64,000 bases of DNA from contig OZ249442.1 in NCBI GenBank assembly GCA_965235115.1, positions 27,714,001 through 27,778,000 of the forward strand, in the 5' to 3' direction. A program made the position numbers and the translations under genes. Origin of the DNA: Laetmonice hystrix (Eukaryota). This document shows, piece by piece, positions 14,395 to 28,034 of the stretch; position 1 is the stretch's first letter; each line of letters begins with the position of its first letter. Under the pieces are notes generated by a model. The model was not told where the DNA came from, did no database searches, and was given only the letters and a program-made list of their open reading frames with translations.

Positions 14395-16364
14395 TACTAC
14401 AACTCCCCAACTGTTCATGGCTACACTACAACTCCCCAACTGTTCATGGCTATACTACAACTCCCCAACTGTTCATGGCTACAACTCCATAACTGTTCAT
14501 GGCTATACTACAACTCCCCAACTGTTCATGGCTACAACTCCCCAACTGTTCATGGCTACAACTCCCCAACTGTTCATGGCTACAACTCCCCAACTGTTCA
14601 TGGCTACAACTCCCCAACTGTTCATGGCTACAACTCCCCAACTGTTCATGGCTACACTACAACTCCCCAGCTGTTCACGGCTACACTACAACTCCCCAAC
14701 TGTTCATGGCTACAACTCCCCATCTGTTCATGGCTACAACTCCCCAACTGTCCATGGCTACACTACAACTCCCCAACTGTTCATGGCTACAACTCCCCAA
14801 CTGTTCATGGCTATACTACAACTCCCCAACTGTCCATGGCTATACTACAACTCCCCAACTGTTCACGGTTACACTACAACTCCCCAACTGTCCATGGCTA
14901 TACTACAACTCCCCAACTGTTCATGGTTACACTACAACTCCCCAACTGTCCATGGCTATACTACAACTCCCCAACTGTTCATGGCTATACTACAACTCCC
15001 CAACTGTTCATGGCTATACTACAACTCCCCAACTGTCCATGGCTACAACTCCCCAACTGTTCATGGCTATACTACAACTCCCCAACTGTTCATGGCTATA
15101 CTACAACTCCCCAACTGTCCATGGCTACAACTTCCCAACTGTTCATGGCTATACTACAACTCCCCAACTGTCCATGGCTACAACTCCCCAACTGTCCATG
15201 GCTACAACTCCCCAACTGTCCATGGCTATACTACAACTCCCCAACTGTTCATGGCTATACTACAACTCCCCAACTGTTCATGGCTATACTACAACTCCCC
15301 AACTGTCCATGGCTACACTACAACTCCCCAACTGTTCATGGCTATACTACAACTCCCCAACTGTTCATGGCTATACTACAACTCCCCAACTGTTCATGGC
15401 TATACTACAACTCCCCAACTGTTCATGGCTATACTACAACTCCCCAACTGTTCACGGCTATACTACAACTCCCCAACTGTTCACGGTTACACTACAACTC
15501 CCCAACTGTCCATGGCTATACTACAACTCCCCAACTGTTCATGGCTATACTACAACTCCCCAACTGTTCATGGTTACACTACAACTCCCCAACTGTCCAT
15601 GGCTATACTACAACTCCCCAACTGTTCATGGTTACACTACAACTCCCCAACTGTCCATGGCTATACTACAACTCCCCAACTGTTCATGGTTACACTACAA
15701 CTCCCCAACTGTCCATGGCTATACTACAACTCCCCAACTGTTCATGGTTACACTACAACTCCCCAACTGTCCATGGCTATACTACAACTCCCCAACTGTT
15801 CATGGTTACACTACAACTCCCCAACTGTTCATGGCTATACTACAACTCCCCAACTGTTCATGGTTACACTACAACTCCCCAACTGTCCATGGCTATACTA
15901 CAACTCCCCAACTGTTCATGGTTACACTACAACTCCCCAACTGTCCATGGCTATACTACAACTCCCCAACTGTTCATGGTTATACTACAACTCCCCAACT
16001 GTTCATGGCTATACAACTCCCCAACTGTTCATGGCTATACTACAACTCCCCAACTGTCCATGGCTATACTACAACTCCCCAACTGTCCATGGCTACAACT
16101 CCCCAACTGTTCATGGCTATACAACTCCCCAACTGTTCATGGCTATACTACAACTCCCCAACTGTCCATGGCTATACAACTCCCCAACTGTTCATGGCTA
16201 TACTACAACTCCCCAACTGTCCATGGCTACAACTCCCCAACTGTTCATGGCTATACTACAACTCCCCAACTGTTCATGGCTATACTACAACTCCCCAACT
16301 GTTCATGGCTATACTACAACTCCCCAACTGTTCATGGCTATACTACAACTCCCAAACTGTTCAT
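14395..16364. repeat. Minisatellite with dimorphic 24/29-bp units, ~70 copies
   Basis: Core ctacaactccccaactgt(t/c)catgg, with or without a 5-bp ctata/ctaca/ttaca insert. Confidence 0.97.
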
Positions 16365-16904
16365 TAGTCTGAACGTCGTGAACAGCTGTGGATCAAGGGG
16401 TTTCAGAAAGACTACCGGACACCTGCTCCTCGCTGTGAGAATATTTAATCTCCCCCTAGACCCAGGAATGGGGTGGGGGTGAAACGTCGTGCCCCTTTCA
16501 CCGAATCCTGTGCGGGCTCGTCGCGGTGTCTATTAGCCAGATTCACGTTTTACGCGTTTGATAAGAACCCGTTGGGACCCTATGAACCCGGACCTGTCAG
16601 AAACTCGGCGTAAAGCGTTCACTCGCCAGCCACGTGTACGAGTGGTCAGTGTAATCGGGCAATCTGTCGGCTTGGTCCGGGCAGGATCGGGCCGAGCTGG
16701 GCCGAGCTGGGCCGAGCGGGCAGGATCGGGCTGGGTTGGCCTGGGTCGGTCCGGACCGGGCCGAACACGCCGGGGCAGTTGGAAGGCTGATGGCGCTGTC
16801 CGCCCAGACGTCCAGCCTCAAGGACAACTGTCAAACCTTTGACAGTTTAATGTTCCTTATTAATGGCTATACGGACAGTCACTTCACTAAAAGGGAATCT
16901 GCCC

Positions 16905-17306
16905 CACCACTTGAGGGCCATGACAGACGTCAAAGTACCACCACTCGAGGGCCATGACAGACGTCAAAGTACCACCACTCCAGGGCCATGACAGACGTCA
17001 AAGTACCACCACTCGAGGGCCATGACAGACGTCAAAGTACCACCACTCCAGGGCCATGACAGACGTCAAAGTACCACCACTCCAGGGCCATGACAGACGT
17101 CAAAGTACCACCACTCCAGGGCCATGACAGACGTCAAAGTACCACCACTCCAGGGCCATGACAGACGTCAAAGTACCACCACTCCAGGGCCATGACAGAC
17201 GTCAAAGTACCACCACTCGAGGGCCATGACAGACGTCAAAGTACCACCACTCCAGGGCCATGACAGACGTCAAAGTACCACCACTCCAGGGCCATGACAG
17301 ACGTCT
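16905..17306. repeat. Minisatellite, 34-bp unit, ~11-12 copies
   Basis: Unit agggccatgacagacgtcaaagtaccaccactc(g/c). Confidence 0.95.
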
Positions 17307-18526
17307 AAATATCTCCACATTAACATCTCACGTCTTAAGTCCCTCATCCGTTGCATGGCTAGCTTTCCCTGCCATCATCAGTTCAACACATGACGTCCAT
17401 TCGCAAATATTTCCTTGCTTTATTAGTCTTGTATTCTAAAAACCCGTTCCAGGCTTAAAACGTCGAAATCTCATGCAGGCAATTAGCAAAATGGCCTTGA
17501 TGTCATATCATCTGCTGCCGAACTGTGCAGGAGAGACGATTATAAACGATGTACTGATGACAGACATGTTGACTAGCCTTGAACATCGAGGAAGGAAGCA
17601 AAATATCACAATCGCTTTCATTGCATCTTTCAGTTAAAGGGCGTACCTATTATATCAATACCACATTAGTCCCCCTTTAAGCTAAACTATCTCCCATTTT
17701 AAAAGGGAGCGCTATAACTTATAAATCTTTTTAAAGTCCATAAAGAAAATCTATACACGTTTATCAGATGACGTATTCCAAATCATGCAAGAACTTTGCA
17801 TTCTTGTAAGTAAAGCAAATTTGTCGTGAGCATTGCATTTAGATCTCCATGTACATCATATGGCTGCTCATTGGATCCTCTTCCCCTGGTCTACGTCATC
17901 TGTCACGGGTGACGTCACTGGCAGTACCCAGGATACCATCCCCGCACCCTGATAAATGCTTTCACTACTTGTAGATTGCCTCATTAGTGCCAAGCCTTAA
18001 CGATGACGTAAACATCTTTAAATTTTAATTGGACAATCGCGTATACACAACCATGCCTCTGAAGTAGACGGTACTCACTGTCATCTTTCAAAGGACGTCT
18101 TGAGAAAGTGTTCCGGGAAGGGTACTTAGAACAAGGCTATGATTGGTCTTGATCGAGAGCCCACTTTAGTGAAACCCTACCCCATCAAACCCAGTCAGCA
18201 TCAAAGCTATCTCAGGCTGGTTCAGGGGCTGAAGACAACCTCCGACTTAATGAAGGTACCCGGCTATCCTTACAAACAGACGCTGGTCAGGTACTAACTG
18301 CCGTCCTGGATCATTGCTGGCCACCGTGTGAAGTGGATAGATCGCCACAGGAAAGCCGACCTGCCTGCGTCCATATACTAATCATGGTAATTGTATCTTT
18401 CAGTGTCTCAGACTGGAATAACCATTAGGGCCTAGAGTATTCTTACCCCCTTACGTATACAGTGTCATCGTTAGACCTGAATTTTTAAAGAAACGTGAAA
18501 CTGTGAAGCCCATCCCCGTACCTTAA

Positions 18527-19054
18527 AGGGGCATGCTATGAAACACATTTTGGAGGATTTCCGGCAATTATCCAACATGACCGTGTACTAGGGATCCAAG
18601 TAAATAATCCTACCACAGCATTTTGTCCTCCGACGTGTTTTCGCTGCGTATGCAGCACAAGTAGGTTCTATACGACCAAACCTATAGATTTCTCCCAATA
18701 GCACATCTCCCGCCATAATTTGGTAGACAACATCCCATCAACCCGTGTAATTGCATACTGTGTCACATCCTGTGTGTGCACTCTCTGCATGTGCTTAGTC
18801 ACGTGCTTTGCTTAGTTGTAAACAATTCAGCAGTGGCACTCGATCGCCCGGCATCAGAATGCCACCCAAAAAATATTTTACGAAATCGGCAGAGAAGCGG
18901 GCAAGGGAGCTTAATAAACTTCGATTTCTCACGTAAAATGAAACTGATAAGTCTGTCTTTGTTTACTAAGCAATTTTAATGAAGAATCTCTTTAAGAAAA
19001 CAGCAACAGTTCTATGAAATACCGATTTTTAACGTTTCCTCATAATATGCCCCT
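18527..19054. mobile_element. Non-autonomous DNA transposon, Kolobok-type (TTAA TSD), 528 bp
   Basis: TTAA|AGGGGCATGCTATGA ... TCATAATATGCCCCT|TTAA. TTAA TSD with RR termini is the Kolobok signature. A second copy lies at 29096. Confidence 0.75.
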
Positions 19055-22000
19055 TTAACCGTCTCAACGCCATTTTCTCGGAGTTAACTTCAAGAACCGG
19101 TGTGCTCCTTTAAGCGACAGTGAGATGACTTCTAACACCCATTGTTAAAAATCAACAAAACTGAAAGGGATTGAGGTCCCTCATTTCGTATAGTAAAATC
19201 ATGTTGCGCTTTGTGCATGTGTGTTCGTATTCATGTTGTTTAAGACCTTTGGGAGACAACCATGGCAATACTTTGACATTTGCGGGAAGCTGGTGACATT
19301 GTTTACGTCCATGGGTGAACCCTTTCAATAACACTGACATTAACACTATTTAAAGTGCGACTATATCACATAATGCATGAAAGTGCCGCATTGGTTCTAT
19401 AAATAATGGGTATATAACTTAGTCTGCCATGCTCCATTTCACGAATTTAAATATATCATGGCCCACTCATAGGCTGCATACTTCCTGCAAACGCCACTGT
19501 ACATCGATTCCATCAAAGAGCACGCCAGTAGATATACCAGCCAAGTAATATAAACACACAGCCATCTAGTTTCTATTTACCCTTTCCCAGTATCGTAGTC
19601 GTCCCCCCTTCCAAATCACCCTATTTCAGCAAGATAACCTGATGTTACATTGTACCACCTACATTGTGGTGAGTGTATTTCTAGGAACTAAATACATTAT
19701 GCCGATTCCTGTCTCCACTACCGTATTTATTACACACCATATTCACAGGTGGCACGTGTTCGCATTTCCACGGTCACAAACACAAAGGACGTGCTGGCGG
19801 TCTCAGCCTCAATTTATTAAGATTTTCCAAATATTGACATTCATTTGAATAAATGGAAGTCAATGTAACATTATGCCTTTCTCTAACAATTCTTTTTATC
19901 GAGGATGTTCCATAACTGCTTCGAGAGGGGTTGGTTCAAAACACACTTCGGCGAATCCATTAACATCATGCCTTTCTCTAAAAATTGTTCATTTCAAAAC
20001 ACACTTCGGCGAACCCAATAACATCATGCCTTTCTCTAACAATTGTTCTTTTATAGGGCATGTTCCGTTCTGCTTCGTGAGGGGCTGCTTCAAAACACAC
20101 ATCGGCGATCCCAATAATATCCACTTTTCCCACCAAACGACTCATGCACCCCTTTGCAAAACTTGGCTACGGGCTGGTGGTGTTGCGTTTATTTGTTTCC
20201 ACTATAGTAGGCCCTACAGCTAGGCCGATATAGTACTAAGTAATCCTCGTAAGGATTAGTGGCACGACCTCTTCCCTCCTGTCTGGTAAGGCGGTCTAAT
20301 TAGTCGCAATATTAAACCGCCACGACGTCGCCCGTGGGAATGTGGTAATTAAAGGTCACAGGAAGGCTCCTGACCTGCTGGGGCTTTAGGCGTTTCAGTC
20401 ACATCACGGGATTTGGAAATCCTCGGACAGACATCGAGTCGAGTTCAATGCCGCCTTTAATTTATAACTGTGCAGCGGGAGAGGTTCAAAGCTTGAGGAA
20501 ACACGCCAGGAACATTTTGTCGGTCTAGGGCCGATCATATCAGTTTGGTCATGACTGAGTTATACTGAGCGTAACGAGATACACAAAGTATTTAATAATA
20601 GGAATGGAGTCAATTTCATTCCCACAGGAACTGTTGTTTTTATTACGATAAAATCTGTCATAAATGTCGACATAATGATGGTATAGACATAACTTGTTCA
20701 CTTTAGAATACATTGACGCCAGCTGGTGCCAGCCCACTGCCCTCGCTTGTTACTCCTACACACGGAGTCAGACTCAACCTCTAAATAAATATGTATACGT
20801 TTTCTGTCAATCTCAGAGCATCTCTTACAAACTGATAGCCTATATTTGGCATTGCGTGGCTGGCAATAAGTAACCCCTACCGGTAGCCGGCCTAACTAAT
20901 GAGATGACACTGAGCACAGTTAGGCCTATCTAGAACGCCTGCACATGCCCAGGACCAGTGAGAACGCCAAAACGTTTCAAAAAGAAATAGGCCTATCGAA
21001 AAGGCATAGATCTAGATGTTGATAAGCAGAATAGGCATACTAAATGATGTCAGTCGAGTTAAGTCATGACCTTTAGATTCTACACTTGTAAGGGCGTTCG
21101 ATTAAGCCTACTCGGCGCAGCGCACAGTTCACCACTCTGAATAAGCTTCTGGCCCTGGTCTAAGCCTAACGAAAGTAGGCCTGTCTGCCTGCCCTAAGTG
21201 TTGGGAGGGCCCCGGCCGGGGGGGGGGGGTACAGAAAAAAAGGCGGCGGCTACACATCTCAGGCCTCTGGTCAAAGGAAAACAGACACAAGTCATTTGTT
21301 GGCGGGAGGATCGAGGGGAGGGGGTCATTAATTTTGACAGAAAAAGACACCCTCCACTAGCTCCAGGCTCGCAGGTCGCCCCTATCTTTTTGTTGATACT
21401 GCCCTGTTTAAGCATAGGCCACCCTATATATGCCTACAAATGTATCAGTATAACAACTAGGCTATATAAGCCCATGAGTCTTCGCATGACTGTAAGCGAC
21501 CATCTCAATGATAGGGCCATGACATGTGTAAATCTAGGAATAGATCATCCTAACGTTACCTCGACTAGGCGTACCGTAGGCCTATTAGGCCTAATAGCTA
21601 GGGCCTACTAGAGGATCTAGGGTTAGCCTAATTACAACAACAAGGTCTACCCAAAGGTCTAGTTTATGGCAAAGAGAATGCATAGATACTCTAAATGGTT
21701 CGAGACGGATGTCGTATACCTTGCTCCTTGCTGGCATGCTTTTCGAAAGTACCTAAAACGGAGTAATCTCACCCATTTATCGCCCAAGCGATGCCTCAGG
21801 GCTGTCTTCCGACGCCCCGAACCAACACAAAACACGGTGACCTGGTTTTGTGGCAGAAATAAACATCGTGGTCGCTTACCTGGCCACCAGCTTGTAAAGT
21901 GTGCCGTCTTCTCCCCGCCTCAGTAAAATCTGCCCCCGTTCGTCAAGAACTTCTTCTGGGTTCATCCATCGACCTCGTGATGTGGAAACTGTAGTTGGCA

Positions 22001-24281
22001 TTAGTGTGATGTCATAGCAATAAAACGATCCCTGTAAGCTTACATAGCGATGATGATAGCGCAGGTATAGACTCACTGACACCGTAGTTTGGTGAGGAGG
22101 TTGCACACCACTCAGCGACTTCACTAGTACAGTGTGGGTGGCGCAATGGTACAGTGCCTCACCGCTCCGCGCCGCACCAGAGGCGCCCCTCGCCTCGGCC
22201 AGGTAAGGTCTACCAATCAATACCGTGTGAACAACACCTAGCCGGCGGGGTGGGGGGGGGGGTGACTGGGGGAGGCGAGGGGAGGGCACAGTGCCTGAGA
22301 CCACTCGGTGTACCAACCGCGAACAGCCGCCTGGAATCTGGTCACTGTCACAGTCATGCACCCGTCTGGAACACTCAGCCTAAGCTATTCTTTGCGACTG
22401 CTTTTTGTGCGAAATCATAATGGCTATAGGCGACCCTGTGCTTAGGATAAGAGGCATACTAAAAAACTTGACAGCCAATGTGTGGACCCTGACATTCCAA
22501 AGGTCGGTACATTGTTAACCGAAGCACAGCAGGATCGAGCCATATGTTACAACTTCCTTAGCTAACTCAGATCGGACACACCGAATGGAGATAGCCTTTA
22601 AATAATCATATCATATGCTATAATAAGCCAAAGATGCCCGGCAAACACGGCCTATCGCCTACCCCCAACCAAGGCCTTATCTTATAAGTGTGTTATACAG
22701 CAGTTATGTGGCTTATTATCATCATATAGACAAGTAGGCCTGGTCCCCTATATGTTATAGGCTTACTAGTATTATATAGACAAGTAGACCTAGTCCCTAT
22801 TGCCTCAAGTAGCGGTCTCCTAAACCAGATCATCCTACAAAGAACGAAATACATTTTCGGTGATGATGCCTTAAGGAGGACCCTCGATCGCATGGCCTAG
22901 GCAGTCTATTTTTCCCAAAAGATGACTCGATAACGGCTTCTATAGAGCTAGGCCTAATATGCTTAACTCAAGCCTGCGACGTGGATGTTTAGGTATAGAT
23001 CTAGGGTATAGGCCTAATTAATTTCCCATGCCATGGGTAATTGAATTTCACCGAACTAATTGTAACTGATGAGATTAATGCGACCAAGGGGTCGATGAAC
23101 CTCTATCTGTTAGCGTTGCCCAGTGTCCCAGTCCGCCCTGCATGACGTAGCCTACTGACCCGTGTGACGATCCCGCGCGAGTCGGGTGGAGGGGGGCGCC
23201 AAGACAGTGCCGCTGACTCATGGCTCGAGGGGGCGCCAAATTTATTGGCGGCAAATATTGTGTATTTGTAGGACACGCCGAGTTCTGAGCCGGAGATTGT
23301 AGACGGGTAGGGAAGATCTGTCGCGAACTCTAAGACAAAAGGCCTAGATGTTTGGCCTCAACCTAAGTTACAGGCATTTTATATAGGCCTAGGCCTAGTA
23401 TATGCCGACGACAGAAAAGACCTAGAGATCTATCATCTATACTCACAGAGAAGCGCAGATCCAGCACTGCACAAAAGGCGGGGGGGGGGGGGGCGCTCGT
23501 TGGTCGAAGGCGTGAGGCGACCATGCGCGGAGGGTGAGGTGGGGGTCAGTGGGGGTCCCCCCCCCCCCCCAGACAGTTTGAATTTAGAAGGCCAAAAACC
23601 GCTAGATAATTCCCGGCATCTGGAGATAAAAACTGTGACGGAAATGAAAAGCTGGCAGACTAGTTTTTTCACATCTTCAACCCCCCCCCCCCCCCTAGGA
23701 TCCACGCATTCACTGATCAACAAGGCTGGCTACGTCTGAAATCGAAGGTCCTCTTGGGGAAAAGGCGCCATGGCAGGCATGCACAGTGACTATCCTGCCA
23801 CAAGGCTAATATATGTAAGTCCCGAGGCCTATACAAATATAGCAAACGTAGGTTTTGGTGTCCCATGCCCTTTTGGCGTCTCTTAGTTTTCAATCCCGCT
23901 GGCTAAAATCTGCCCCTTTCAAACCAGACCAGAACTTGGCGGTGCGAGAGGTAATCTTAGAGTGATCACAATGGGTTGCGCCAGAGGGCGCCACTGGGAC
24001 GTTTTGTGGCTTGAATATAAAAAGGAATCCCACCGTCAACAACCATTAATTTGCTGCCCCCCCCCCCCGCCCCCGCCCAGCTAATTCTCCACTGTGTGCA
24101 GCCCCCTGATTACAACTTCACAATCATCTATGGACAATGATGTGGACTCACTGACACCGTAGTTTGGTGAGGAGGTTGCACACCACTCAGCGACTTCAGT
24201 ACAGTGTGGGTGGCGCAATGGTACAGTGCCTCACCGCTCCGCGCACTTGACTGAAAAGTCCGCAATACGTCTGGGCATTAC

Positions 24282-24636
24282 GTGATCCATAGGCTAAATA
24301 ACCCTCTGACCTGAATGATTATGGCGCCACCCTCATTATGGATCCATAGGCCCTACATAACCCTCTGACCTGAATGATTATGGCGCCACCCTCATTATGG
24401 ATCCATAGGCCCTACATAACCCTATGACCTGAATGATTATGGCGCCACCCTCATTATAGATCTATAGGCTACATAACCCTCTGACCTGAATGATTATGGC
24501 GCCACCCTCATTATAGATCTAAAGGCTACATAACCCTCTGACCTGAATGATCATGGCGCCACCCTCATTATGGATCCATAGGCTACATAACCCTCTGACC
24601 TGAATGATTATGGCGCCACCTTTATTATGGATCCAC
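24282..24636. repeat. Minisatellite, 57-59-bp unit, ~6 copies
   Basis: Unit acataaccctctgacctgaatgattatggcgccaccctcattatggatccataggccct. Confidence 0.93.
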
Positions 24637-26222
24637 CTTTCTATATAATTTGAGGACCGGCCTCGACGACCGGCCGGGGGGCTGTATGCGGATATAAAAC
24701 ATAAAATCACCACGGCCTACTTACTGAGTTTTCTCCCGCGGTTGTCAAAGCGTACTGTATAGCAGGTTGACTTGGAGTGTGGTAACCAAGCGCAGGTTGA
24801 AGAGCAGACAGTCGACACCCAAAGCAAGTCCGACAGAATAAAAGGATGGCAAACAGGAACTGATACGAAATCCAGACACCCCCAACACTGTTTGTGAATA
24901 TTTGTGCATGTTACCAACACAAGGAAGTTACTGCATTATGTTTCGTTTATGAAGTGTTTTTTACTACTCTGGTCGTTGAGCATGTAGGTGTCTATAAAAG
25001 GAATATCTACATGAGTCAAGAATGGGATGGGGTGCTTGTACAAGTGTGGGTGGGTGTGGGTGTGGGGGGGGGGGGGTTCGAAGATTAATAAAAGCATTGT
25101 AACTAAACATGCAGCATATGACTACCTGCTTGCCTTTATTATATGTACAACTTCTTATGCAGTTTAAATTATGTTAAATTGTTTATACAGATCTAGATAT
25201 AACGTAGCACCGATTTTGTTTGGGGCATAATTTTTATTATTATCAGTGTAAAATGTCGGGGAAGGCAGATGGGGACAACATGCATACCCACGACCCCCAA
25301 CTCCCCAGTGGGGCGCCCATCATGTTGCCAGACCTCTATTTATAACTCTAGACCACATATAAAACACCCATATCTTTCCTATTTTTTCTTCTGCAACAGT
25401 ATAGCGTCGCGATGATTAGTGGTTTATTGACTCGTGAGCCCAAAGCGGAAGCGGAAGTCAATCTGGCCACTGCACAGTGCAAACTTCCACCAGAGGTCGC
25501 TTTTGCTGGAACCAACCTCCGGGCCTGGATTCCTTAGTTATGCAGGTCCTAGGTCATCAACTTCGTGGTATAAGACAATATAATTAAGAAAATTCAAATG
25601 AATTAGGGTTAAGGATGGGATTAGGGATAGGATTATAAAAAAATATTTAAAAAATACAACATCACGGACTTCAATTCCTAGGAATGCAGGTCCGTCAGAC
25701 CTGCATTCACGGGGACCTACATTCCTGTCACACCTGGACTAGTCTCAAAGTCAAATGGACACCTGCGAGCAGTTAACTATTACTCACAAAATAATTATAA
25801 TCAAACATTGCTTACATTATCAGAGGTTGTTTATCACTTCATGTCATTGTTCTTAAAGATATAAATGTATCTCATATGAGTTGAAACAGTTCGAATACAA
25901 ACTACTTTGTGGGACAGTGCATTTCTATATCTCTTCGATGCGCCGCTTCGCCGGCGTATGATCTGATGATGCAGATACGATGGCACCAGTGCCTTGTTGG
26001 AAGTCGATTCGACTTCCCACAATCCCTAACCAGCAGGGTCGTAGACTCCAGAGTACGAGCATGCGCAGTTTGCCGCCCCTCACCCTGCGTCACAACCGGT
26101 AAACACACACACAGTCACACCCATTCGTTACAAAATGTATACCAACAAAAAGTCTTGTTAGACTTCGAGTTATACCGGATCAGTCGTTTAATAAAATCAT
26201 CGATACATGCACTTGTCTCGTT

Positions 26223-27422
26223 TTAATCCGAAAGCGGGATCCATTCCGGGAGAAAGTGATCCGATGAAGAAAACGCTTTGGATAGTATCGATTGCGAATA
26301 GATTGGATGAGTGAAGTACACGACCTGCCCCCCTGCCAGCCAGGCGGCCCACCACCCAAACGTTCCTAGTGTGATGATTGAGTGGTTACATTTACAAAGG
26401 ACCGTAAAGTGGTCCTCGTAATCCATCTGACCGACCACAAATACATCTGACCCTTTTATATTCTCCTTGGACCACTCTGTGTCGTCGCTGACGATCAGGA
26501 AAATCGGCGATCTTACCCGTGATCGGTAGTATTTGAAAGCTCTTTGAAGATAATTCATACTGGGTGTTCTGTAATGTTTGTTTGTAAGAAGGTCTCCTCT
26601 ACGAACGTGTACACCAATAAAAGTAGGCGAGTCAACATTCTCGCTCCCGTTGTGCAAATACTTTGATGCTTCCTTGAGGGTTGCTTCAGCTTTGGCATTT
26701 AGGTGATTTTTGATCTGGAATTGTTCCCTGATCTCTTTAAAGCAACATTTGAAGTACTTCCATGTTTGAAAATATCCTCCCAGTTTGACGTCTGCGCAGG
26801 GCATGTCAAGGAACTCGGCACTGAAGCGAGCAAAATCTCGCTCCTCGATTACAGCGGTTCCTGACGGAGCGTAACCAGTTCTCAGTGAGAGGTTGAAAAC
26901 TCGGTGGAGTTTTTCAAAGGCAGGAGAAATGATAAGTGTACGGTTAGTCATCGCAGCCATTCCGATAAGCGAGGCAACCTGGAACAGTTGGTTGCCAAGC
27001 CTTCCGATGGGGTCGATATAAAGTTTGTAGCGATGTTGATGGTTTTGGCGCGCTCTTCGATCACATGATCTCTGAGGCATGTAGCGTAACCTTTGGAGCA
27101 TGATTCCTGCTTTCTTTGTGTTAATAATTATCGACGGCCGAGACCAATCTGTTGTGTCCGTTTTGACCTTGGTTATATCGTTTACTCTCCCTGCAGACCT
27201 ACCCGCTACTCCAGAAAATCGCAGATTCCGAGCGAGGCCGACGTCTACCTTTCTGAAATCATCCGTGTTTCTCCGTACAATAGGGAATTCATGCGGATAA
27301 TTAAACTGGTCATTAAATAATTGAGACAATTCAATGCCAAGTATGAAGAATGTGAAGAAGACAGAAACCGTAAGAATGCTCCATAACGAATACATGTTCC
27401 AGAACGTGCTCAGGAAGTCCAT
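26223..27422 (-). CDS. Alpha-1,2-fucosyltransferase (glycosyltransferase family 11, FUT1/FUT2-like), single coding exon, ~399 aa
   Basis: N-terminal TM anchor LWSILTVSVFFTFFILGI; GRLGNQLFQ; motif I FIGVHVRRGD; motif II FLIVSDDTEWSKENI; motif III CNHSIITLGTFGWWAAWLAGG. First in-frame ATG at 27422 (27395 is an alternative). Confidence 0.93.
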   Translation of the reverse strand: MDFLSTFWNMYSLWSILTVSVFFTFFILGIELSQLFNDQFNYPHEFPIVRRNTDDFRKVDVGLARNLRFSGVAGRSAGRVNDITKVKTDTTDWSRPSIIINTKKAGIMLQRLRYMPQRSCDRRARQNHQHRYKLYIDPIGRLGNQLFQVASLIGMAAMTNRTLIISPAFEKLHRVFNLSLRTGYAPSGTAVIEERDFARFSAEFLDMPCADVKLGGYFQTWKYFKCCFKEIREQFQIKNHLNAKAEATLKEASKYLHNGSENVDSPTFIGVHVRRGDLLTNKHYRTPSMNYLQRAFKYYRSRVRSPIFLIVSDDTEWSKENIKGSDVFVVGQMDYEDHFTVLCKCNHSIITLGTFGWWAAWLAGGQVVYFTHPIYSQSILSKAFSSSDHFLPEWIPLSD

Positions 27423-27839
27423 TGGCAGTGTAAGCACCTTTAGTTAACAATACATGTTACAGAACGTGTTCAGGAAGTCCATTGGCAGTGTAAGCACCTT
27501 TAGTTAACAATCTCGGCATGTAACTGAGAATAAAGTTGTCTGATGATGGAGACGACTGTCCATTGCCTCCGGATGGCATTCTGAAATCACAAAACGTACG
27601 ATTGGATTAGGTGACACAGCGACAGGATACGGAATGATTTTAATTGTACTGGGACAAAAGTCGTCATACAGGAATCTTGTCACACGCCCAGAGATGCCTA
27701 CTTCTTCCTTGCGTGTCATATTTATGGGGAGCGTTAAATTATGGACAAAAATAATGGTTTGAATATGCACAGATGAAATAGTTTTTAACTTAAAAGTAAC
27801 GTCGCCTCGGCGATATCCAATGATCATGAAATCTCAAAT

Positions 27840-28034
27840 AAAACGTCGTTGTGACGGTTGACAAAACGGTTGACAAAACGTCGTTGTGACGGTTAACAAA
27901 ACGGTTGACAAAACGTCGTTGTGACGGTTAACAAAACGGTTGACAAAACGTCGTTGTGACGATTGACAAAACGTCGTCGTGACGGTTGACAAAACGGTTG
28001 ACAAAACGTCGTTGTGACGGTTAACAAAACGGTT
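27840..28034. repeat. Minisatellite, 35-bp unit with 12-bp subrepeat
   Basis: Unit aaaacgtcgttgtgacggttgacaaaacggttgac. Confidence 0.9.

Noticed and set aside
14314-16482. 722/651/622-aa ORFs
   Set aside because: Open in three frames only because the 24/29-bp repeat lacks stops; no domain or splice support.
16905-17306. CRISPR-like periodicity (here and in other arrays)
   Set aside because: No unique spacers, no cas genes, eukaryotic context.
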